A DNA stretch of 48,539 bases from Rickettsiales bacterium (GTDB taxonomy: Bacteria; Pseudomonadota; Alphaproteobacteria; Rs-D84): the NCBI GenBank assembly GCA_031262525.1, contig JAISHM010000013.1, positions 1 through 48,539 of the forward strand, read 5' to 3'. The position numbers and the translations under genes are program-made. Below are positions 1-7,750 of this stretch, piece after piece; position 1 is the first letter of the stretch; the number at the start of each line of letters is the position of its first letter. The notes under the pieces are model-generated. The model saw only the letters and a list, made by a program, of their open reading frames with translations. It searched no databases and was not told the origin of the DNA.

Positions 1-63
1 ATATTTCCATAAATAAAATTTTCCTTTATTTATATAAGTTCTTACACTAGATAAATACAAGCA

Positions 64-273
64 TTATTCAACAATCTCCCAATGACTGCCGTTTGCAGAG
101 CCTTTGCGAGAAAGAATCCTGTTAGTTTTTAATGCTCGGACGTTCTTTTCCATGCCTACAATAGTTGATTCTGCCAATTCGGGTATAGTTGTAAAAAGAT
201 TATCTTTAATAAGTTCAATTATTTTCCCCTTACTTTTTCCCTTACTTTCCACCTTACCATCATCAATTTTCAA
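64..273 (-). CDS. small winged-helix DNA-binding protein, possibly the C-terminal remnant of a larger regulator
   Basis: 69-aa ORF ending ...IPELAESTIVGMEKNVRALKTNRILSRKGSANGSHWEIVE. This resembles the C-terminal wHTH of divergent-AAA-type putative regulators. No ATPase part lies upstream in frame. Confidence 0.4.
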   Translation of the reverse strand: MKIDDGKVESKGKSKGKIIELIKDNLFTTIPELAESTIVGMEKNVRALKTNRILSRKGSANGSHWEIVE

Positions 274-314
274 CTTTTCCGCATTCCGGCTGACGGTGAT
301 TTCTTTATCAATAA

Positions 315-550
315 AAAACTACCCCAATGACTACTCTAAAAACTACCCTAACCTCACCCCCCAAATACCACCCAAATCCCCCCCAAAAAAAACTACCCAG
401 GAAACTACCTAGAAAACTACCTAGAAAACTACCCAGAAAAAGTGCAAAAGTATCAGAAACTACATCAACAACTACCCTAACAACACCCAGAAAACGCCCA
501 GAAAAGTACCAGTAAAATACCAGATAGTACCAGAAAAAGTACCAGAAAAC
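315..550. repeat. iteron-like direct repeat array
   Basis: AACTACC occurs at 317, 341, 391, 403, 415, 427 and 470, with variant AACTACA at 458. Three copies are in a strict 12-bp period (AGAAAACTACCT). TACCAG occurs at 507, 518, 528 and 540 (about 11-bp period). CCCAGAAAA occurs four times. The plus strand is strongly G-depleted. Confidence 0.75.
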
Positions 551-734
551 TAGTATGAAAATCTTTGAACTAGTAAGAAACGATAAAATTCGCCACGCAA
601 CACACATATCAAATTTATTTTATGTATCATACATCAGTATGGAAATTTCCACATACCTTGATAATACGAGATTTTTCAATAATATTTTATATGCCCACTG
701 AAAAAAGATGGGTTAAAAAATAAAGGAGCAAAAA

Positions 735-974
735 ATGCAAGATGTAAACAAATTAAACACACTATTGGGACAAGATGATTACCTAACGGAAAAACAATTG
801 GCAGAATTGTGGGGTATAAAACGCAATACCATACAAAAATGGCGCACGAACGGAACCGGTCCTGAATTTATAAAAAGGGTTGGGCACATTGTCTATCGCA
901 AGGACGCAATAGCAGAGTTTGAAAAGAATCAAACCTATCAATCCACTTATGCGTATAGAGCAGGACGGATGTAA
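735..974 (+). CDS. AlpA/excisionase-family helix-turn-helix protein
   Basis: 79 aa. YLTEKQLAELWGIKRNTIQKWRTNGTGPEFIKRVGHIVYRKDAIAEF matches the MerR-like HTH_17/AlpA pattern (L..W....T...W...G..P..........Y....I..W/F). An AAAGGAG RBS lies 6 nt upstream. Confidence 0.75.
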   Translation: MQDVNKLNTLLGQDDYLTEKQLAELWGIKRNTIQKWRTNGTGPEFIKRVGHIVYRKDAIAEFEKNQTYQSTYAYRAGRM

Positions 975-976
975 AT

Positions 977-1004
977 AAATCGCTACATGATATGTAGCGA
1001 TTTT
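977..1004 (+). terminator. intrinsic terminator after the AlpA-like gene
   Basis: Perfect 12-bp stem AAATCGCTACAT / ATGTAGCGATTT with a GAT loop, followed by a T-rich tail. Confidence 0.6.
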
Positions 1005-1096
1005 ATATCTATTTTTCTGAAATTCACTACATAAATAAGAGTTGAAAATTTGCACCAAATCCGGCTATAATTACAGAAAATAAAAAGGGTTCTTAA

Positions 1097-1933
1097 ATGA
1101 CACAATCCACCAGTATTAAACTTTTTGAAGACAAAAACATTCGCACCCTGTGGGACGATATTGCAGAAAAATGGTATTTTTCTGTGCATGATGTTATTGC
1201 AATATTGACAGAACAGCCCGATTATAAAAGGGTTCGCAATTATTGGAAATGGTTGCGTAATAAATTAAAGAAAGAAGGTAGTGAACTGGGTAGTAATACT
1301 ACCCACTTGAAAATGGTCGCACCAAACGGGAAATTGCATCCGACCGACACAATGGATACGGCACAGGTTTTACGCCTTGTACAATCAATCCCATCGCCAA
1401 AGGCAGAACCATTCAAACTGTGGTTGGCAAAGGTTGGCAGCGACCGCATAGATGAAATGGCTGACCCAGAACTGGCAATCACCCGTGCGCTGGAATATTA
1501 TGCAAAGAAAGGTTATTCGCTGGATTGGATAAACCAGCGGTTGAAAACGATAGAAGTTCGCAAACAACTGACCGATTCTTGGGATAAAGGTGGAATTAAA
1601 AAAGGTTTAGAATATGCCTTGCTGACCGATGAACTTTATTCTGGTTGGGCGGGTATGAACGCACGCGAGTATAAAAGGTTGAAAGGTTTAACAAAAGAAA
1701 ATCTGCGCGATAATATGAGCAATTTGGAACTGGTTCTGAATATGCTGGCAGAGGCAACCACTACCGAAATCGCCAAGAAAGAAAATCCGCATGGTTTGAA
1801 CGAAAACATGAAAGTCGCACGCAAGGGTGCAAACATCGCCGGCGATGCGCGTAAGAAAATAGAAAAAGAAACTGGCGCACCAGTTTTAACCGGCCGCAAT
1901 GCAAAAGAATTAAAATTCGTGGGGAAGAAATGA
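1097..1933 (+). CDS. Bro-N / RhuM / DinD-like (DNA-damage-inducible protein D family) protein
   Basis: 278 aa. N-terminal Bro-N-like segment IRTLWDDIAEKWYFSVHDVIAILT. Conserved core SIPSPKAEPFKLWLAKVGSDRIDEMADPELA ... REYKRLKGLTKENLRDNMSNLELVLNMLAE is typical of the RhuM/DinD family. Confidence 0.75.
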   Translation: MTQSTSIKLFEDKNIRTLWDDIAEKWYFSVHDVIAILTEQPDYKRVRNYWKWLRNKLKKEGSELGSNTTHLKMVAPNGKLHPTDTMDTAQVLRLVQSIPSPKAEPFKLWLAKVGSDRIDEMADPELAITRALEYYAKKGYSLDWINQRLKTIEVRKQLTDSWDKGGIKKGLEYALLTDELYSGWAGMNAREYKRLKGLTKENLRDNMSNLELVLNMLAEATTTEIAKKENPHGLNENMKVARKGANIAGDARKKIEKETGAPVLTGRNAKELKFVGKK

Positions 1934-2691
1934 AACTGGATAACCCGCTAAAAACATATTACATCGCGTATTTTGATATTTTAGGTTATAAGTTAGAGGT
2001 CAAGAAACAAGAAGTATCCTTTTTTATTAAAATGATTGCAGCAATGATTGCTTTTCATTCTGGTATTTCAACAATGTATAAAATTGATGAAAAAGCAGTT
2101 AAAAATAATATTATAAATTCGTTAGATTCCATAATAAAATATAATTTATTTTCTGATAACTTCATTTTATATGTACCAATTTCTGAAAATAATAGAGAAA
2201 ATACTTATAATTTACATAAACTTTTGGACGCTTGTTTAAATACGCAATGCCATTTTTGTAGATTGGGTTTAAAACTGCGTGGGGGAATAACAATTGGAAA
2301 TATGTTTGCAAATAAAGAAATAGTATTTGGTTCTGGTCTAATAAAATCCGTTGCTCTTGAAGAACAAGCAGAGTTTCCAATAATAATTATTGATAAAGAT
2401 ATACAAAAACATTGTCAATTAGAAATACCAATAATAACATTGTGCAATAAAAAGTTTTTAAATTACTTGGAATATTATAGACGCCGGTATTTAAACCCTA
2501 AAACAAAAAGGGATAAAGATGCTTTGGGTAATTTTTTACAAAAACATAAAGAGTTAATAAATTCAATAAAAACTACTAAAAATATATTTGATTGGAAATC
2601 AAATAAAAAATTAAAACGCAAAAAAAATTTTCTAATAAATTATCATAATGATTTCTGTAAAAAACATAATTTTTCAGATTATATCTTTTAG
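1930..2691 (+). CDS. hypothetical protein with class III nucleotidyl-cyclase/GGDEF-like palm motifs
   Basis: 253 aa, very AT-rich, start overlaps the upstream stop (ATGA). YYIAYFDILGYK resembles the FaDivGFT metal-Asp strand. LFSDNFILYVP resembles the GDa.ma.f strand. LKLRGGITIGNMF...VFGSGLIKSVALEEQA resembles the RiGihtG....G..vn.AsRle segment. Confidence 0.45.
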   Translation: MKLDNPLKTYYIAYFDILGYKLEVKKQEVSFFIKMIAAMIAFHSGISTMYKIDEKAVKNNIINSLDSIIKYNLFSDNFILYVPISENNRENTYNLHKLLDACLNTQCHFCRLGLKLRGGITIGNMFANKEIVFGSGLIKSVALEEQAEFPIIIIDKDIQKHCQLEIPIITLCNKKFLNYLEYYRRRYLNPKTKRDKDALGNFLQKHKELINSIKTTKNIFDWKSNKKLKRKKNFLINYHNDFCKKHNFSDYIF

Positions 2692-3950
2692 ATTTTCGCC
2701 CCGTACTTATCCCAATTTTTAGTACTGGTGCGGAGGTTGGCTTTCTTCGCAATTCGCTCTGCGATTTTATCAGATACTTCAATTCCTTTTACATTATTGA
2801 TATGTGTATATCGCTGCGTTGTGGCGATTGCACTATGCCCAAGAACACTTCCAATAACGGATAAATTTTCTTCCATCATAGAGCCGGTGGTTGCGAACGA
2901 ATGTCGCAAATCGTGAATACGGATATTTTCCAATTTTGCATGGTCGGTTATAAACTTCCAATGTCTGAATAATTCCGTAAATGGTTTGTTTTTACAGCGT
3001 GGAAACACTGGCGCGGTGTCACCAGTTTTATTACGCAACGCATCGCGCAAAATTTCCAGCGCACGTTTGCCAATCGGGATTGACTTTGCACCTGTTTTAC
3101 TATCTTTTAATCGCAAAATAGAATTATCAAAATCTACTTCGTCCCATGTCAATTGTTTTGCTTCGGAACTTCGGCAACCAGTGAAAGCGATAAATTCCAG
3201 CGCATCAAATCCAACTGGATTCATAATGTTTAATTGCTTGCCATAATTCAGCGCGTCAAAAAATCTTGCGTATTCGTCGTCGCTCATAACTCTATCTCGG
3301 CCTTGTAGGCGGAATTTACGAACAAGGCGGACGGGGTTAGTATTTAGGGTTCTGTATTCCTGTTTTTCGCACCAGTTCAAGAAATACGATATGAACATCA
3401 CGCATTGATTAGCAACGGCCTTGTGATTTTCACCAACAACCTCCATCATCTTTTCAAGATGGCGTATTGATAAATCATTTATCGGAATATTGCCAAACAT
3501 TGGTATTACATACTTGCGCGCCATCTGAAATTCTTTCTGACTGGTGCTGTGCTTTTTCATAACTTTGGAATGTTCATTCAGATATTTTTCCATAATATCT
3601 TTCAACGGAATCTTTTTATCATTTTCTTGCGCCAGTTGCATAACCCTTTGCTGGCGTTCAATAAATGGGTCAATTCCTTCCAATATTTCGCCACGATGTT
3701 TAATTGCAAGCGCGCGTGCGGCGGGCGCAGATATTTCCGGATATACGCCCAATTTCAAATTCCGCTCTTTACGAATATGTCCACCACGCAAGATATAGTG
3801 CAGATAAAATACTGCGCGCTTTGTATTAGCCGAATACCGCAGATGGAATCCAGGAACTTCTGTATCCGTAATTTGCATATCATGCGGAATTGTTTTAATC
3901 CGCGCCATATAATCTGTTGTAAGTTTTTGTTTTATGTATTCGCATTTCAT
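2688..3950 (-). CDS. int: tyrosine recombinase, P4-type phage integrase
   Basis: N-terminal DUF4102-like VPGFHLRYSANTKRAVFYLHY...LKLGVYPEISAPAARALA. Catalytic region has TGCRSSEAKQLTWDEVD, HDLRHSFAT and LGHSAIATTQRYTH. The ATG at 3950 is preferred over the ORF start at 4007 because of an AAAGGTGG RBS. Confidence 0.9.
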   Translation of the reverse strand: MKCEYIKQKLTTDYMARIKTIPHDMQITDTEVPGFHLRYSANTKRAVFYLHYILRGGHIRKERNLKLGVYPEISAPAARALAIKHRGEILEGIDPFIERQQRVMQLAQENDKKIPLKDIMEKYLNEHSKVMKKHSTSQKEFQMARKYVIPMFGNIPINDLSIRHLEKMMEVVGENHKAVANQCVMFISYFLNWCEKQEYRTLNTNPVRLVRKFRLQGRDRVMSDDEYARFFDALNYGKQLNIMNPVGFDALEFIAFTGCRSSEAKQLTWDEVDFDNSILRLKDSKTGAKSIPIGKRALEILRDALRNKTGDTAPVFPRCKNKPFTELFRHWKFITDHAKLENIRIHDLRHSFATTGSMMEENLSVIGSVLGHSAIATTQRYTHINNVKGIEVSDKIAERIAKKANLRTSTKNWDKYGAKI

Positions 3951-4047
3951 AATAACCACCTTTGTATAGCCCGCGGAATTGTTAGGATTCCAGCGGGCGA
4001 TTGCCATTCATAGGAACATAAAATAGAGAAGTCCAGCGATAAGTTTT

Positions 4048-4257
4048 TTAATTATACGATTGGCGATTTTTATCGCACCAATCCTGAACATCAGACAGAC
4101 GATATCGCACAAGGCGGCCAACTTTTACATACGCCGGACCCATGCCATCGCAACGATACATTCGCAAAGTGTTTGCAGAGAATTGTAAAAGTTTTGCAAC
4201 CTCTATCGTGGTCAGATATGTTTCGTTTGGTGCAGTTGTTATATTTTGTGTTTGCAT
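4048..4257 (-). CDS. AlpA/excisionase-family helix-turn-helix protein, upstream of and co-oriented with the integrase
   Basis: YLTTIEVAKLLQFSANTLRMYRCDGMGPAYVKVGRLVRYRLSDVQDW. The ATG at 4257 is preceded by AAAGGAG. Confidence 0.75.
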   Translation of the reverse strand: MQTQNITTAPNETYLTTIEVAKLLQFSANTLRMYRCDGMGPAYVKVGRLVRYRLSDVQDWCDKNRQSYN

Positions 4258-4825
4258 TTTTAACTCCTTTGGATTACAAGGTAATCCTAGCAACGCCGCG
4301 CGCAGACTTCATTTCATAAAGATTTAGAAAAATACAAAGGTAAATAACAGGAATTATCTGAATTTCAGAATGTTCATAAAATGGTAGTTTTATTTAACAA
4401 AATGTTTATGGAAATTACGGAATAAAATCATAAAAATTGCACATATAAAAGTCTGAAAATTGGGGACATACAACCGAAAAAAGCGTAATTATGTATGATA
4501 CATTGTGCACATATACGATACATAATTCCGACACGATTTTTGACAGGCGATACAAAAACACCCACAAACCATACCTTGTCCGCGGGTGTTATTTTTTAGT
4601 ATTGTATTTTTTTATTACGCGACAAACTTGTCTGGGGTGGACTGGCATTGCCCCTTGACGCCCCGCATTGTCTATATTCCACTTTTATTGTCTTTGTATC
4701 ATAATGTCTGTAATTGTCTGGCATTGTCTGCTTCGAGGCGACATATAGCAGACATAGAATTTAGACACAAAGCGGAATCCGAGTATATGAAAACGAGCCG
4801 TAGGCGAAGTTTGAATAACTAACGA

Positions 4826-4858
4826 GGATACGCGCAGACACGAAGTGGCGAGCGACCT
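4826..4858 (+). repeat. direct repeat copy 1 (candidate att-type junction)
   Basis: GGATACGCGCAGACACGAAGTGGCGAGCGACCTAT matches 9626-9659 (GGATACGCGCAGACATAAAGTGGCGAGCGACATAT) with 3 mismatches. Confidence 0.7.
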
Positions 4859-4950
4859 ATACGGCGTAAGTTTATGTCTTTCAATATAAATCTGGGTATA
4901 ATTGACTGGTAAAATTATAGTTTTTATTTTATAATAATATAAATAATTGT

Positions 4951-4974
4951 AATTATGGCGAATTCGCCATAATT
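4951..4974. promoter_or_regulatory. perfect 24-bp palindrome, candidate operator 22 bp upstream of the KilA-N gene
   Basis: AATTATGGCGAATTCGCCATAATT is its own reverse complement. It sits between an AT-rich promoter-like region and the ATG at 4996. Confidence 0.5.
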
Positions 4975-4995
4975 AAAATACATCGGATAATCAAT

Positions 4996-5802
4996 ATGTC
5001 AAAAATGAATGTTTTAGGAACAGAAATTTCAGTTATGCGCGTAAATGATAATGACTATGTATCATTGACCGATATGATGAAGGCAAAAGACGGATATGTT
5101 CTAATTTCTCATTGGTTGCGCAATCGCAATACTGTTGAATTTCTTGGTGTATGGGAAACATTAAATAATCCGAATTTTAATTATACCGAATTCGGTATAA
5201 TTAGAAGTCAAGCAGGGCTAAATAGTTATATGCCCAGTGTCAAAGATTGGACTGAAAAAATTAATGGCATTGGTATAATTTCCAAGGCTGGACGTTACGG
5301 TGGTACTTATGCGCATATTGACATTGCACTTGAATTCGGTATGTGGATTTCACCCGAGTTTAAAGTTTATCTTATTCGTGAATTCAAGCGATTGAAAGAT
5401 ATTGAATCTAAACAACTTGGGTGGGATATTCGCCGAAATTTAACAAAATTAAATTATCGGATTCACACTGACGCAATTAAAACAAATATAATTCCACGGG
5501 CGATTACTGCGGCACAGGCGAATTTTATCTACGCAAGCGAGGCTGATATTTTGAATGTTGCGTTATTCGGTATGACGGCAGCAGAATGGCGTAAAGCAAA
5601 CCCGAAACTGGACGGAAATATTCGTGATTATGCCGATGTTGCACAATTGGTATGTATGGCAAATATGGAATCATTGAACGCACATTTGATAGATGAAAAA
5701 ATTCCGCAAAATGAAAGAATTATTGCATTAAACAAAACCGCCATATCACAAATGAAAATTTTAACTGATGAATATGGTGTGAAAAGATTGGAGAAGAAAT
5801 AA
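4996..5802 (+). CDS. KilA-N domain protein
   Basis: 268 aa. NDYVSLTDMMKAKDG...HWLRNRNTVEFLGVWE...GRYGGTYAHIDIALEFGMWISPEFKVYLIREFKRLK is the typical KilA-N pattern. Confidence 0.8.
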   Translation: MSKMNVLGTEISVMRVNDNDYVSLTDMMKAKDGYVLISHWLRNRNTVEFLGVWETLNNPNFNYTEFGIIRSQAGLNSYMPSVKDWTEKINGIGIISKAGRYGGTYAHIDIALEFGMWISPEFKVYLIREFKRLKDIESKQLGWDIRRNLTKLNYRIHTDAIKTNIIPRAITAAQANFIYASEADILNVALFGMTAAEWRKANPKLDGNIRDYADVAQLVCMANMESLNAHLIDEKIPQNERIIALNKTAISQMKILTDEYGVKRLEKK

Positions 5803-6647
5803 TGAGTTTATGTGTAACGGCTGGTTTCAAAGGTGTGGATATAGACGCTTTGGCGTGCGTTATTGCATATGCAGAACTAAAAAACTGTGATGCTTGGTTA
5901 ATCGACAATTTTGATGCGACAATACCGAATTCGATTAAAAACAAACATTTTAATTTTTATCGCGAAAAACCCAAAAATGCAGATTCTTTTGTTATTACTG
6001 ATGTGTCTAACCCAAATTTTTTATCCCCGCAAATACCGCAAGAACAAATTATTGAAATATATGACCATCATTTTGGATTTGAATCTTTTTGGAATAATGG
6101 TTCGCGTCATGTTCAAATAGAATCAGTTGGCGCGTGCGCTACAATGATTTATGAATTATTTGAAAAAAGTGAAAAAATCCCAAGCCCAGAAATTGCGAAC
6201 TTACTTTATACAGCGATATTGTCAAACACCTTAAATTTTCATGCTGTTATGACCACAGAGCGGGATAAGACGGCATTTAATAAATTAAAAAGATTTATAA
6301 ATTTGCCTAAAAATTATGAGCAACTTTATTATCAGGAAACAAGTGCAATTGTTTTTCAAAATCCAGAACTTGCGATTGAAAAAGATATGCATATTTACAG
6401 CGATGGTACAAAAATAGCACAATTGGAACTTTTTGAACCTAAAAATATACTTAATAAACTGGAACCGATTGAAAACGGATTTATCGCTGTGCAGGCAATC
6501 GGGAAAAATAAAACATATGTAAAAACTGACGATATAAAATTAAAAGCAAAATTAGAACAAATAGGATTTGCATTTAATTTTGATATTGGGGTTTCTGTTA
6601 GAATTATGCAGCGCAAAGAAATTGTAAAATTGTTAGGTATAAGATAG
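5802..6647 (+). CDS. DHH-family phosphoesterase
   Basis: 281 aa. Motif I GVDIDALACVIAYAEL, DHH motif IIEIYDHHFG, and GACATMIYELF. The start shares one base with the KilA-N stop (TAATG). Confidence 0.7.
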   Translation: MSLCVTAGFKGVDIDALACVIAYAELKNCDAWLIDNFDATIPNSIKNKHFNFYREKPKNADSFVITDVSNPNFLSPQIPQEQIIEIYDHHFGFESFWNNGSRHVQIESVGACATMIYELFEKSEKIPSPEIANLLYTAILSNTLNFHAVMTTERDKTAFNKLKRFINLPKNYEQLYYQETSAIVFQNPELAIEKDMHIYSDGTKIAQLELFEPKNILNKLEPIENGFIAVQAIGKNKTYVKTDDIKLKAKLEQIGFAFNFDIGVSVRIMQRKEIVKLLGIR

Positions 6648-6704
6648 CAAAATCAAAAAAAAAGACATATTCTAGACACAGAATGAACGGATAAAAATAA
6701 AATC

Positions 6705-6740
6705 ACCCGCAAGGCTATATTTTTTGCGGGTTTCATTTTT
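6705..6740 (+). terminator. intrinsic terminator after the DHH gene
   Basis: Stem ACCCGCAA (6705-6712) / TTGCGGGT (6724-6731), followed by TTCATTTTTT. Confidence 0.6.
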
Positions 6741-6793
6741 TGCTTAAAATAATTTTTTATAGTAATAATGATTATTTATTGTATAATCGTATC

Positions 6794-7684
6794 ATGTTCA
6801 ATTCACAAAAATCTTTTGCCAGATTTATCAATAAAATAAAACCGTTTGGTGCGCATTGTGGTGTTTGTATAATTGATACCGACACTGGCGAACGATTGAA
6901 CTTTAACGAAAATAAATTTATTTATCCAGCCAGCACTTATAAAATTTTTATCGGGGCAGAGGTTATGCGCCAAGTTGAAATCAGCAAATTAAAATTATCA
7001 CAAAAGATAAAAATCAAAGCGCCGAACACAATTGATAAGGAATCACGATTTTATTATGTAGATTATAAATTTCCGACTTTAACAGTTGATGACGAATGGA
7101 CAATTGATGACTTGTTAAAAGTAATGCTGGGACGTAGTGATAATATGGCATCTAATGTTTTAATTGATGTGGTCGGGCGTGAAAATATATCAAAAAATAT
7201 AATAAATAAAAATTGTTGGTTCGGCAGTGATGTTACGCGAAAATTCCTGAACCGAATTTATGAAAATAAAAAATACAAATATGCGGATATATCGGTCACA
7301 TGTGTAAAACATTTGGCAGAATTTATACAAAAATTGGATAATAATGAATTGGCGGGCGCGACACAATTGCGAGAATATATGACACCTGGAAAATTTGTTC
7401 CAGAATCAGAAAAAGTTGGTCGGCGCGCACCAAAATATCATCTGACGAATATCCAGTATAGAAAATCAGGATTTATTGAAATTCTAACTGGTGGTGGGAT
7501 TGTTGGTTTTTTACGAAAAATTCGTAATCGTGGAATAATTCGGTATCAGTCTGAGGCGGCACTGATCAAAATTGGCACACATCGTTATGCAGTCGGAATT
7601 GTCAGCCAATATAGAACATGGCACAAAAACAAATACTTTGAATTCAGTGAAATTAGCGAGTTGTTGAAAAATAAAAATTCTTGA
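6794..7684 (+). CDS. class A beta-lactamase-like serine hydrolase with no signal peptide
   Basis: SxxK (PASTYKIF), SDN (GRSDNMASN) and KSG (YRKSGFIE) motifs in the correct order. The N-terminus MFNSQKSFARFINK is not hydrophobic. TATAAT at 6782-6787 lies 6 nt before the ATG and no SD is visible. The ORF track starts at an upstream TTG (6740). Confidence 0.6.
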   Translation: MFNSQKSFARFINKIKPFGAHCGVCIIDTDTGERLNFNENKFIYPASTYKIFIGAEVMRQVEISKLKLSQKIKIKAPNTIDKESRFYYVDYKFPTLTVDDEWTIDDLLKVMLGRSDNMASNVLIDVVGRENISKNIINKNCWFGSDVTRKFLNRIYENKKYKYADISVTCVKHLAEFIQKLDNNELAGATQLREYMTPGKFVPESEKVGRRAPKYHLTNIQYRKSGFIEILTGGGIVGFLRKIRNRGIIRYQSEAALIKIGTHRYAVGIVSQYRTWHKNKYFEFSEISELLKNKNS

Positions 7685-7709
7685 CCTTGCGTCGCTTATA
7701 TTGTATAAT
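7681..7709 (+). promoter_or_regulatory. sigma70-type promoter for the ATPase gene
   Basis: TTGACC (7681-7686), a 17-nt spacer, then TATAAT (7704-7709). Confidence 0.6.
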
Positions 7710-7750
7710 GTGGAATATAAACCCATATTATACAAGCAAAGGTGCGTAAA

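Noticed and set aside
315-550. Possible CRISPR array
   Set aside because: The repeat units are only 6-12 bp, directly abutting or 10-12 bp apart, with no 25-40 bp unique spacers and no cas genes in the window.
308-607. ORFs of 99 aa (minus) and 62 aa (plus, with KLPRKLPRKLPRKLPR repeats) across the repeat array
   Set aside because: Their periodic sequence is simply the translation of the 12-bp DNA repeat. There is no RBS and the composition is extreme. It is better explained as non-coding iterons.
3549-4013. 154-aa plus-strand ORF
   Set aside because: It lies antisense within the integrase gene. It has no motifs and no RBS.
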